A DNA stretch of 64,000 bases from the human T2T-CHM13v2.0 reference genome, Homo sapiens. This document shows, one piece after another, positions 27,106 to 39,420 of this stretch (positions within the stretch are counted from its first letter, which is position 1; each line of letters starts with the position of its first letter). Made by a program: the position numbers and the translations under genes. The notes beneath the pieces are model-generated. The model saw nothing but the letters and a program-made list of their open reading frames with translations, had not been told where the DNA came from and did no database searches. The stretch lies in NCBI RefSeq assembly GCF_009914755.1, contig NC_060941.1; one strand, written 5' to 3'.

Positions 27106-30100
27106 GAAGAGTGATGGTGTTTATCCTCACCAGGTTGCTATGGCAACAGATGCTGCAGCCCCTCGAGGCCAAGTGACTTGAGACCTTGGAGGTCCAAAGG
27201 TCACACAACTACCTTCCTGGAGCCCCACCTGGCATCCTCCTCTCCCTACAGCCAGGACAGGCTGCCCAGCCTCAGAACCACCACTTGTTGTGACTATTAA
27301 ACCCCATGTCCCAATGATGCCTGGAGACCATGCCTCAGGCACTTTACACTGTTAGTGGTAATGGTGACACATTATCTGAGTTTTGTTGCTTGTAAATTTC
27401 TTTTATGCTGATAAGCTTGGAACTGGATTGGAATTGAGTGGGGGACATTGTCCAGTGTCTATCAAGAATGTAATGGTAAACATTTAATGTTTTTTTCTCC
27501 TTCTTCCCCACAGTATCAGTTTTCTTATTGAATTTGGGAAGCAATAGCAATTGATTAAGTTGCAGTGGAGCTTGCCCTAAAAGGAAATGATTGATAATCC
27601 GTTTAGGTCTGGCTTGCTCGCTTTTCCCCTCCTGATTTCCTTGGCCACTTTTTCAATTACCAACTGTATTTAGCTTGGTTTGCTTGTTGTAACTCATTTC
27701 CCCTTCCTCCAGGATCTGCAGGGAAGTTGTAATGTAATGTTAGAGTAGTGACATCTAATTATTTCCCTGAGACATCAGTTAGAAATGTAAGAATACTTCT
27801 TCCTTGAGGTGGGCAGACGAGGGATGTGAGTCTGTGAGGCAGAACGTGTCTGTGCTGCCATCAGTCTTTGGGGTGGGAGGGAGGTCAGGGCGTCCAGTGA
27901 CATCACAGCCTCCTGTCACTGGACTCAGAGCCCATGTGGGCTCCTGAGGCAAGCTCATAGGATTGTTTTGCAAGTGGACTGATTGGCTGGTTGGGTCTTT
28001 GCCATTAAGTGAGTTTATGAGGCCCTCACTACTGGGAGAGAGGCTTTGCAGAGGCTTGCGGCACTATGACGAGGGTCACACCTGATGTTCAGAGCTTTTT
28101 GTTTCTTTAGCTAATATCTTTAAGGTAAAACCATCTACAAAGTACTTTTACCCACTCAGTGACAGCTTGAGATCCTCCCAACAGTACTAATAAAAGAAAG
28201 GAGAAATTGAATTAGCAGCTATGTTTACCCTCCCAAATTAATATATGTATAATGTCTGGCCTTATTTGGTGTTTAGTAATGCATGCTGTCATGGCCACCT
28301 TCTCAGTGGAAGCACCGGGTGTGGGATCTCCCTGTTTCACAGGTGGATTGGCTGAGGCCTGAAATGGAGAAGGGACTTGTCCAAGATGGTTCAGGGCATG
28401 GAGTATGGAGCCCACTGTTGGGATCGCCAAGATGCCCGATAATAGCGTTCCTCATCCCTGCCTGAGGAGTGAACAGACTGAGGGGTAAGCCAAAGGCATG
28501 GCAGATGGTACACGGAAATATCACCTTCTTAAGAAACGTTAACGATGAGGGGCAGGCCGCCTGCATGAGAATTCCTCAGTCATAGGCAACCAGATGGGAG
28601 GTGGGCTGACTTACATGGGACAGCCAGGGCAGCATCTTGCTACCTCTTTTTACGCAAGATGAGTCCAGGAATATTCCACACAAAAAAAGCACAGGAGTCA
28701 CTCAGGACCTGGAGGCTTTTCCCAAGACATCATGATGGAGTCTTCAGGGTCTGCCCCAGGGGCCAAAGCCCCCTTTCCCGCTCCTGCCAGACTCTCATGC
28801 ATAACAAGTTTGGAATGAATTTGGCAATGCCATCACCACCCAGCTCACTTCTCAGTTACTTTCTGTTTGCTGTGGACTCTGGAAGGTGTGGATTACCCAG
28901 GGAGAACCCTGCCTTGAAGGGTGTGTGGCCAGGGACAGGTTCTCTGGGCTGTTGGCTGGTACCCCACAGCCCTGGGCTGGGGTGTTCCCCCTTGTGCCCA
29001 TGCCAAGGCAAGGCTTTCTGCGTGGAAGTCTGGCAGGTGTACATTCGCTCCCCAGTGGGAATGGGGAGCAGAGGTTTCGTTGAGGCATCTCTTGGGAGTG
29101 CACAGTCCCTAATTTCTGAAATACCATTGATGAGAAGCAGCCCCAGTTTGGGTCTGAGTTAATGGGTTAAAAGAGCAGAACTGTTTTCTTGGGCGCTGAA
29201 TATTTCTTCTAGATGTTCAGGTCCATAACCAAGGCAGCTAAGTCAGCGAATTGTCAGCATTCCAGAAAGAAGCGTCATCTCCTTGGGTGCTGAGGACCTC
29301 CGGGGCTGCAGCTGACTCTGCCCTCACACACCCTCCTTCTTGGCTTTCATGATTTATTTTGTCAAGAAGAATGAGGGAGTTAGGAGTGGCATCTCTCATA
29401 ACAGCCTCCTCCCATCTTCTGAGAGTGCTCAAGACGGAGCTTGCCTGCTGCTGGCGTGGGGAGCTGACAAAATATTTAAATAAAGGCTCTGGGGGAAAAG
29501 GACATGCTTAGATTACAAAGAGAAATTCCACGCCGTTATGGTCTCAGCGTATTAGGCGCCTCTGTAATTGCACCTATTCAGCACTGCCATTTCTAGTCAC
29601 CACGCAGCCATCCGAGGGAAGACGGATGCTCTAAAAATGGCCCCGAGAACAGTCTTTTTAAAAAGGCAGTTAACGATCTGGAGCTATAAATAGTGTCTTT
29701 CCAACAAATAACAAAGAGGGTCGGTTCCCCTTTCGCCTCTGCTGTTGAGGCCCCGCATCCTGGAGTAAGTGAGTGGGGTCAGGAGGGTTTGCACCTCCCC
29801 TAGAGTTTGAGTTCTTGGAGGCCTGATGACACCCAGCGTGTTGCCTAGAGGTGGGGATGAGACCCTGGCTGGCTGAACTGCCGCTCACCGTGTGTTTTTG
29901 GAGACACATCCCTCCTGGTGGCACAACAGAAAACCACGACTCTAAGTCACTTGCCCCAGCCCTCTGACCTCTCTTCAGCCCAGACCAGCCCTTCTGCCAG
30001 TTATAAAGCACCAGCCCTGCCAAGAGCAAAGACAGGCTTGCTGGATCCCGCTGTCTCTTCATGGAGTTCCTGAATCACAGAACCTCCCAGTTTGTCTGTT

Positions 30101-30124
30101 TGCCTCCCATGTATCAAGAACTCA

Positions 30125-30452
<328 letters not shown>

Positions 30453-33264
30453 TCATTTTAATTCATACCTTCTCCAAATCAGAACCACAAAAGCAGCATT
30501 ACCTACACCCAGAATAGACACAGACATCAACAGAAGCACAAAGTGAGATGGAACCCTGTCTCCCAACCTGAGAGGGAGAGTTTGGGCTAAAACACGCCCA
30601 TGTGAGGACAGCATTTGGAAAGTTAATGCTAAGGAAATAAGAAGGATGGGAGTAAAAAGAGGACAAGCCCCGATGTCCTGTTTATCAGCTCCCCCTCTCT
30701 CCTCTCCTGTCTCATCCGCTCCCGCCTTGAGGATAGCGTGGTTTCCCTGGACTCCTTTCCAGACCAGCTGCAGCCCCATTGGCAATACCAACTTCCCTAG
30801 CTGGGGTTGGCTGGACGGTGTGGTTCTTGGCAGAAGATGACACATGGGTAGCAGAGTGACTTTGGCTCCTGCATCGAGTGCTTGTCTCAGCCCCATCCAT
30901 AGCCATATAGAATCCTAGTGGTGAACATGCAACACCCCTGAGAGCCACTGACCAGGCAGGCACTGGGGTGAGGGAAAGTGAGGGGACTGTGTGGGACCAG
31001 CTGTGCTGACGACAGCCTGCCACCCAAGGGATGCCTGTCCCTGCACCCTGGCTTTGTTCCTGCACCTGGTCCCCAGGAAGCCAAATCCAGTGCATTTTTC
31101 CAGCTTCTGCTCAGAGACAGCCAGTGTCTGCAGAAGGGCCAAGGCCACTGGACGTCTGGAGAGAGTCTGGCCACAATGGCCAAGTGGTGGACGTCTCCAC
31201 AGGCTGCCCCGTGCCCCTGCAGAGGCAGGGCTTCATGAAGCAGGAGCAGGCAGCTCAGACCTGGGCCGGGCCACCTGTGCAGGTAACTCCTTCACTGCTA
31301 TTGGTCGGTGGAATTGTAAGATCAGTTCTTCAGCAGGATGCTGCGGGTTTTCTGAGGCCCGTGGCCATCTGGATTTGTGCTCCGAACATATTATACCATG
31401 TTAACAGCTTTTAAAGTAGAAACACATGTGATTCTGGAAGGCTGGGATGGGGCAATGGAGGAGACTGTTTAAAATTGCTGTTTGGTATCTCTCGTAGTAC
31501 AGTAGCAAAGGTAAAAACCTATTATGGTCCACGGAAGCAGTTCATTGCGTAATGACATCTTCATAACTTGCCCTGCTAGCTGGCTTTTCTCACAGTCTCT
31601 GCGGGGAAGTTTTGTTCTTTTAAAATATTTTCTGGGGTGGTGGAGGGGGAGAGTTTGGAGGCGCTAAGCCCCTCCACTGAAACTCCTGGGATGGGGGACT
31701 TGCAGTAACCCGTGCCCCTCCGAGGAGCCCTGGAGCGGGGTTGGTGGGGACACTTCCACCCAATTCCATGGGGATTTACAAGGTCTGCTTCATGGACATT
31801 TTCAAAACTCTTCTCTCTGCTACTTCCTCCCACCACCCCCAGATCACCACGTTTTGGGAGAAGAGTGGTTGGGAAACAAAGACTCAGATATCAGCCTGCC
31901 TTTTAGAAATCCCAGATTTTAACCACCTACCAGCTGAGCAACCTTAGGCCAGTTATATAATCCTCAGAGCCTCTGACTCCTTATCTGCAAGATGGGGTAA
32001 CAGTAACACATGCCTGCTATTATTTATTACTGATGTTGCTGTTTCTGAGCAGTATAATAATGCTGCTATTATTAACAATTACTGCCGGTATGGAGAGGAG
32101 TCATTAGGGCAATGCCTGTACGGTTCCTCACAGCTCAGTAAAGGCGGTGGTTGCCACCAGCACAAGCATGCCTTGCAGGTTGGTTTTGGTTATTTAATCT
32201 TTGCCAAGTAATGCATTGTGGGTTTCTGTTCTGTGAGCATCCCAGGAAAGGAGGCAAGCCAGTTTCGCCCCAGTGGAACTGGGGCAGGAATAGAGGTGGA
32301 AAGATGGAAAGCCCACCATCCTCCCAGCTCCAAAGGAGCTGCTCCCTGCTTCAGGGGAAATGGTGACTTTCCAGAGCCCATCTAGCTGATGAAGCAAATG
32401 GCGGTGAGGTCGGTGCCCTCTGCACAGGCTGATGTGCACATTTAGGGAGTCAAGTATGGAAACCTCTTGTTCTTGCACTGTCTGTTCTTGAGCAATCATG
32501 AAGAGACCTCACAACCCAGAAGAAACCAAGCGAAGTGATGAAACCACAGCCCTGAGATGGAGAGATGGCGGTGTGGGTGGGCCTGGGAGCTTTGGACAGG
32601 GTTCTGTCTAGGTGGAGGGTGGGAACATTTGATATTTTTGCCCACCTGCCTGGAACACACTGTATGTGCAGTTGCGTCACCCATGTCTCAGTCCCTGAGG
32701 CCTGTCAGCCCCAAGCAGGCCCCAGATATCACAAAAATCCCCGCTCTTGCTCTCCCGTCTTGCTGTTTTCTGACCCCAGCATATCCATTTCTGTGCGGTT
32801 TATTCTGAGAAATCCTGTGTGAATTGTGCTTGAACTAGCGGGTCAGAGACTGTCTCCCACCTCCACCCCCACCTGACCTTTCATCCAGACTGCAAACAGG
32901 AAGCAATAAGAATTGTTTGCCCAGTTGCTGCTTTGATCTTCTGGGCCCCTTTTGGGGTAGGAGGCTGTGCTAATGAGGAAACATGGGCCAGAAGTCCACA
33001 GGCAGGGGAGCTGTGAGGACGACAGAAAGGTAGGAAACCCGCAGCCAGGTGCTCCAAGAAATGGTAGCGTGTGCCCAAGAGCAGTCTCTGCCGCCCCTCT
33101 TGAAGCAGCACCCCTTTATCCAGAGGGGATCGGCTGCATGTTTAATGAGAACTTTAGAGGCCTGGAAGGTGCCTACCTAAGCAATAGCAGGTGGCAGTGG
33201 CCCCATTTTAAAGATGAGGAAACTGGCACCCAGAGAGGATTGGTTCAGACGTTATTCGAATTTG

Positions 33265-33478
33265 CAGCTTTGGAGCCCAACAGGCCTGGATTCAAATTCC
33301 GGTTCTTTCTACTTATTATATATATAAGCTACTTAACCTCTCTGACCCTCTCTGATTTTCCTCATCTGTAAAACAGGGATAAGAACACTTCTTCAGATGT
33401 GATTGCTATAGATTAAATGAGGGAACATATATAAAGAGCCTGATATATAGAAGTGTCCAATAAATAGCAGCTGTTGTT
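33265..33478 (+). mobile_element. MIR SINE, followed by degenerate (CCAT)n at ~33482-33572
   Basis: cctggattcaaattcc...acttaacctctctg...ttttctcatctgtaaaacagggataa...attaaatgag. Confidence 0.82.
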
Positions 33479-34168
33479 TTCCATTTATCTATCCATCTGC
33501 CCGTTCATCCATCCATCCCCATCCATCTGCCCATCCATCCATCCTTATATCCCTTCACCCATCCGCACATCCAGTAAACAGTGATTGGTAAGCCAAGTGC
33601 TGTGGCATCTCAAGATGTTCAGAAATGGATCCTGGCCAAGAAGCTTATGTGTCTAGAGACATTTCTAAGACCGTACTTCCCAGGCCTCTTCTCATGGTGC
33701 TTTCATACACAGAGGAAGCATTCTTCTCTTAGCAAAGGCATTGCCTGCTGGTCCCAAGCAACTCCTACCCTGGGCACTGGGGTTGCCTGTGGCCTGAAAC
33801 CAGGGATCTCCCTCTCCTAGGCGACTGGAAGTGCAGAGCTGCGTAACACAGCCCTTCTTAGATCTGTGCTGTCGTAGCACGCGACAGTGGGTCCCAGCTC
33901 TCCAGCAGAATGCACCCACTGCTGCACATGCTGTTGGCCAGCTTTCTGGAGGGTGGAGGAGAGCCATCTTTTAAAAATACTATGTTGGGAAAAAAAATAC
34001 TTCTGTTTTCATTTCACCAACATAAAAAAATGTAGTCACTGCAAACACTGACAGGCAAACTGGTGGCTAACAAATCAGATCCTCAGGGACTGCACGAATG
34101 GAGAGATAAGTCTTGGTGTGTGAATTGCACACGGACTATTTTTTTTTCCTTTTTTAAAAATGCGTACA

Positions 34169-34612
<444 letters not shown>

Positions 34613-35033
34613 ATCCACGTGGACCATTTTTCATACCAATGGCTGCACACCTTAGAGGCTTGCTCTCTTTAGTGATTTAATTGTTTCTCCTGTTGGTTCC
34701 TGTGGAAAGTTCTGTTTCTCTCCAGCCCTACACTTGGGGACCATTTATACTCACTCAGGCTTTCCCACAGCCCTGTGAGATAAGGACCCTTGTACACATG
34801 GAAAAACTTGAGAGCAGGTAGGCCACTGCCCAAGATCCCAGGCAAGCTAGAACCAAGCTGGGAAGCGGGCTCTGGGCCCAGGATCAGAACCCCAAGGCCC
34901 ATTTCCATTCTATCCCCAAAATAGTGAATGACATTGGATAAAGCACAATCCATGTCAGTAATCTCCAGTCCTTCCTAATGTGGACTCTCGCCTTCCAGCA
35001 TTTAACATACCCATAATGGCCCCATTTTAGTGG

Positions 35034-35037
35034 CTGA

Positions 35038-35073
<36 letters not shown>

Positions 35074-35094
35074 TTCCCTCTCACACACACACAG

Positions 35095-35137
<43 letters not shown>
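35034..35137. repeat. Compound microsatellite (CTGT)n(CT)n..(CA)n GCGC (CA)n
   Basis: Directly visible. Confidence 0.95.
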
Positions 35138-35140
<3 letters not shown>

Positions 35141-36309
35141 GCCTCTGTACAGATGGACCCTGCTTCCAAAATGGAGAGTTTGCATTTTCCTTTCATCCCT
35201 CACCTCCTAGTCCCCAGGCCCTCCGCCCTCCCTAAAGATGCTGTGGTGAAGGGGTTCTGGAAGATCCCATTGTCTGGCCTGTTACACGCTCTGCTGAACA
35301 GCCCACCTGAGCCAGAATGGGCCTGGGCACCTCCTCTGAGGCGTGTCACATTTCCCAAGCGCAGCCTGATGAATAGGACGTCCTTTATGGCCAGCCCCCT
35401 GCACGTGTTTCTCTCTGTGCAGCTGATACTGTTGTGCTCAAGACACAAAGGCCCCCATGTCCCTGGCTGCCCATCCTCTCTGCCTGTGTGAAGGGCGTGC
35501 CATGTGTTTGTGGATTTCTTGCTGGAACAGGGCACAGATGGCTGGGTTTGAGTGCAGCAGTAATTAAGAATTGCCCAGGAGCTAACATATTTATGGGCAC
35601 TGGCCCAGGACAGCCCAGAAGGTCGCCTTGTAATCAGGCATCACGTGACTCCTAGGAGCCAGTTAACAATGGTATGGCCGTGGCTTGCATCCTCTGCCCT
35701 GTGCCCTTAGAGGGTTTTCTTTTTAATTGGGGACATTTCTGAATGCATTTGGGTCCTTCCTCTGCTTTGGGGGAAGCTCTGATGTTTCTGGGCCTCAGTG
35801 GGTCCAAGTGAGGTGGCCTGGAAACCCCCAGTAAGCACACGAGGTTGGGGTGATGATGATGGTGAGGCCATTCTACCCATCTCATGGCTACTCAAAGTCA
35901 GTATTGCAGTCTGAGTCCTGGGCAGGGTTCTGGAGACAGTGCTGCTGTCAGGGGAGCTCCAGCCCTAATAGGAGACTATTTAGGGCATTTATGGAGCTTG
36001 CAGCCTGTGTCCAGCACAGTGCACAGATGTATAAAGTGTCTCCCTGACCTTTGGAATTGGGAGTCTCATCAAGTATGTGGTTAATGCTAAATTGTATGGT
36101 ATTTCCTTTGCTTGTTCATTCAATAAATGATGCGAGCACACAGTAGGTACTGAGTAATGCAGTTATGAACCCCTGCTGCACTCTTTTGTCTACTCACTGG
36201 CACTTACATACAGCCTTTTATCCATTGGACAGTACCTCTTGGCGCAATCGTGACGCCTTGGGTTGTTGGTTACCATTCTGTGCGTTTATCTGTTTCACCA
36301 CCTTCATTA

Positions 36310-36490
36310 ACAACAGCCGTTTATGGGGCACCTAACAGTGCTAGATGCTGTCCTGAGTACCTTACATATGTTGCCTTATTTAATCCTCACAGAGTTCCTC
36401 TTTGACAGATGAGGAAACTGAGACTCAGAGACATGGTTACTTGCTGAAGACACAGAATATGCATCAAAGGTGGTCTGACTTGAGAGCCAG
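36310..36490 (-). mobile_element. MIR SINE
   Basis: atttaatcctcac...acagatgaggaaactgagactcagaga. Confidence 0.85.
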
Positions 36491-36829
36491 GGTGCCTGGT
36501 ATTCGGCTGTGCCACCCCATCTGCATCTAAGGATTTTTTTGTACAATCCACAGTGCCTGGCACTGTGCCTAGATAGCACTGATGCTTCCAGAGAAGGAAG
36601 AGATCATGCTGGATTTCCCATTTTTCTGTAGGATAAGCACAGCATCTGAATTCGGTTCCAGCCGGCCTTCCCAGCCTCACGCTGTACCATTCCCTGATCT
36701 TGAGTCACCTGATCCTGCCTGTAGTTTCTCAGTGCACTCAGTGCTCCCGGAGGCTTCCCTGACTTTGCACCTGCCCTTGTCTCCACCTGGAATGTCCGTC
36801 CCTGCCCCTTTGTGCCTGGAGGCCTCGTC

Positions 36830-37082
36830 TTCTGTCTAGAATAGGTGGATGGCACCTGCCTGAAAGCCTTCCTGCATTCTTGCAGACAGTCATCCTTCCT
36901 TTTGTCCTGCTCCATCACAGCCTTACCAGTTTTGTGTTGGGATTGCTTGCCTGTCCCTCTCCTGCTAAGGACAGGGCACTCTCTGAAGACAAAGACATGT
37001 TTTATTTTATACCCCCTCGACTAACACCATGCCTGGCACATCAGCCAGGCTCAGCAGACAGTTACTGAGTGAATGCATTCAT
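36830..37082 (+). mobile_element. L2 3' end
   Basis: acaccatgcctggcaca...ctcag...ttactgagtgaatg terminal motif. Confidence 0.6.
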
Positions 37083-37274
37083 TGGAGCAGCTCTGTGGAG
37101 CAGTTGAAGCTGTATCCACCTAGGCTTTGAAAGCAGAGGAAGGGAAGGCATTTCAGGCAGATGCCCCCTTCTTGCTATTCTCCTCTTTCTCGGGCTCCCT
37201 GGGTTGGGTGAAAATTGGCTGTAGACATGAGACACCCCTGTTGCCTCCTAAGTAACATCTGTTTACTTTCCCAG

Positions 37275-37612
37275 GGAGAGTAGCGATTTACGAAGAGCAA
37301 ATGGAAGCGAAAACCCCTTTTCTTCTTTGGGCCGGCTGTGTATTGCTGGGGCACTTGGGCAGACCCCCAAAGACATCCTTAAAGACAAGAGAAATCGGGG
37401 GCTGTGTGAAGATGTCACATCTGCAGATAGGGTTCGAGGTAGAGCGGCCTTTTGGGTTTTCTCCTCATTTGGAGAAATCGAGAAGTAGCACGGAAGACCT
37501 TCAGACCCAGAGCTTGTGTACGGCACAGTCCTTGAAGGATTTGCTCCCATTCTCAGGGAGCAAGACCCATCTTAAACGTGGAAACAAATACAGCAGAGTA
37601 ATACATACTTGA
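37275..37612 (+). CDS. MSI2: Candidate alternative terminal exon of MSI2 (in frame with exon 727-775; G + RVAIYEEQ + MEAKTP...RVIHT*)
   Basis: Branch-like ctaagtaac, tract ctgtttactttcccag| (AG 37273-37274). A phase-1 join opens straight into the 37301-37612 ORF. Poly(A) signals follow. Predicted only. Confidence 0.45.
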
Positions 37613-37738
37613 GGCTTAATGTAAGTTAATTCCTCTTGGCACAGCCCCAGATATCTTGATTAAATGGTCTGCGAAGTGCTGAGATATCTTGATAATGTAC
37701 GTTTTACATTTGATTATATAATCAATTATGTTTCTCCT

Positions 37739-37744
37739 AATAAA
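37739..37744 (+). terminator. Candidate poly(A) signal AATAAA for the alternative last exon (ATTAAA also at 37659-37664)
   Basis: AATAAA in an AU-rich context with upstream TGTA elements near 37620 and 37696. Confidence 0.4.
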
Positions 37745-39269
37745 ATTTAAAATGAGCTAAAAAAGCCATGAGAAGACAGTACCACATATCAAAAGAAGGT
37801 CTCCAGATGAATGGAAGGAAGCCCTGGCCCCCTGGGTCACATGTTGGTGTTCTCAGGCATTGGGGCCCGGTATTTCCTGCGTTTACCTGTGCAGAAGTCA
37901 TCATAGCTTACTAGATTTGTGTTGGTAGAGGGCATGTGCAGAGTGAGGTATCATTTCAAGACACAGAATATAGCGCAGCATTGCTTTCTGGGATGAACGT
38001 GGTTTTATTCACTCAGTAACTGAGAGATTGAGGATTTGGCTCATCTCAGGAAGCTCAAGGCAGAGCTGAGAAAAGAACTCAACGAAGCTGGGCTTGCCCG
38101 AGAGACTGCCACCGATCTGGTTGGGGCCACCAGTCAATTTATGAAACAATGTAAGGAGGAGTGTTCAGAGGCGCACCAAGGGCCTCGTACAGCCAATTAG
38201 GAGAGTTGCTGGTGGCTTTCTCTGCCTGCCTGTGAAGCAGCAGTGCCCGCTGGGGAGGTGGCAGGATTTAATAGAAGGGGCATGTTCAAACCCATTCTTC
38301 CAGGGAGTGTAGGAGAAGGACCTGATGAGTCTTCCTATCCGTGCCCTGGAGGGTGATGTTTCTCCAAGGATGCTTCCATGTAGCAGGGAGCTTGGGAGGT
38401 TTGGGGGACAAATGCTCGTTCTTATTAATGGATGGAAGGGTCTATTCCAGACAATCCATTCTGTCCCGCAGACAGGCTGCTGCACCATTTTTGTTTCCGT
38501 TTAAAACATTGCTATCAACCAGTTGGAATATAGGCCCGGAGTATCGCAGGGAGTAATCTAATTAGTATGAAGTCAATTCAGTCGCTCCTTTTGTATCTCG
38601 TGATTAAATAAGTGGGGAAAATGGCTTGAAAATTAGGTGCTAGAACGACCCAATTACATTTCTGTAGCTTTTTGTATTCAATTTCATAAACAATTTTGCT
38701 CTTCGCTGGTTAATCAGTGAATGCCTTTTTCCAGTTTGAAAAGCACTTTTGAAATTATAATGCAATTAAATTGTGTGTGGATGTTCTGGCATAGCGAGTG
38801 TGAAAGCCAGGGGCTTGGCAGGCCGCCATGTTGTACCTTGACTGTAATGAGTCCCTGGGCTGGCAGCTTGCGAGTGTCATTCATAATATTGTCCATGCTG
38901 GGTTACTGTAAAGTGCAGCTGCCTTAACCGGCAGTTAACCGGCGACTGCCAGTCTCTCTCTGCAGTGGGGTGTGCGTGCCTCTTCCAACAGGGCTGTACC
39001 CCAAAGACGGCAGAGTGGCCAGGCTCCTCTCAGTACTTGCCCAGGCATTGGGAAGTCGGGGGTCTTCCTGGTGGATGGGGCCACTGCCTCAGAGATGATC
39101 TGATTACCTGTCCCCAGGGAAGGGTGGAATGTATTTATCCTTCTTCATCTCCTTGGCCTAGCAGGCTTCTCTGTCTACAGTTACAACAGATTATGGGAAG
39201 GGGAAGGGAGGAGACAGAAGTCTTAAGCACCTTGCTCTGCACCTAGCTTACAATAAATACCTTTACTGA

Positions 39270-39420
39270 ATCCTTCCAATAACCTTTGCAAGAGTAGTAT
39301 TACTGTCTCCATTTGATAGATGGAGATATTGAGGCACAGCGGGATTTGATGACATCCCATAAGTGGTGGCTCTGAGATTGGGACCTGAATTGATCTAACT
39401 CCAAGACCTATGTTCTTTCA
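39270..39420 (-). mobile_element. MIR SINE
   Basis: tattactgtctccattt.atagatggagatattgaggcacag. Confidence 0.7.
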
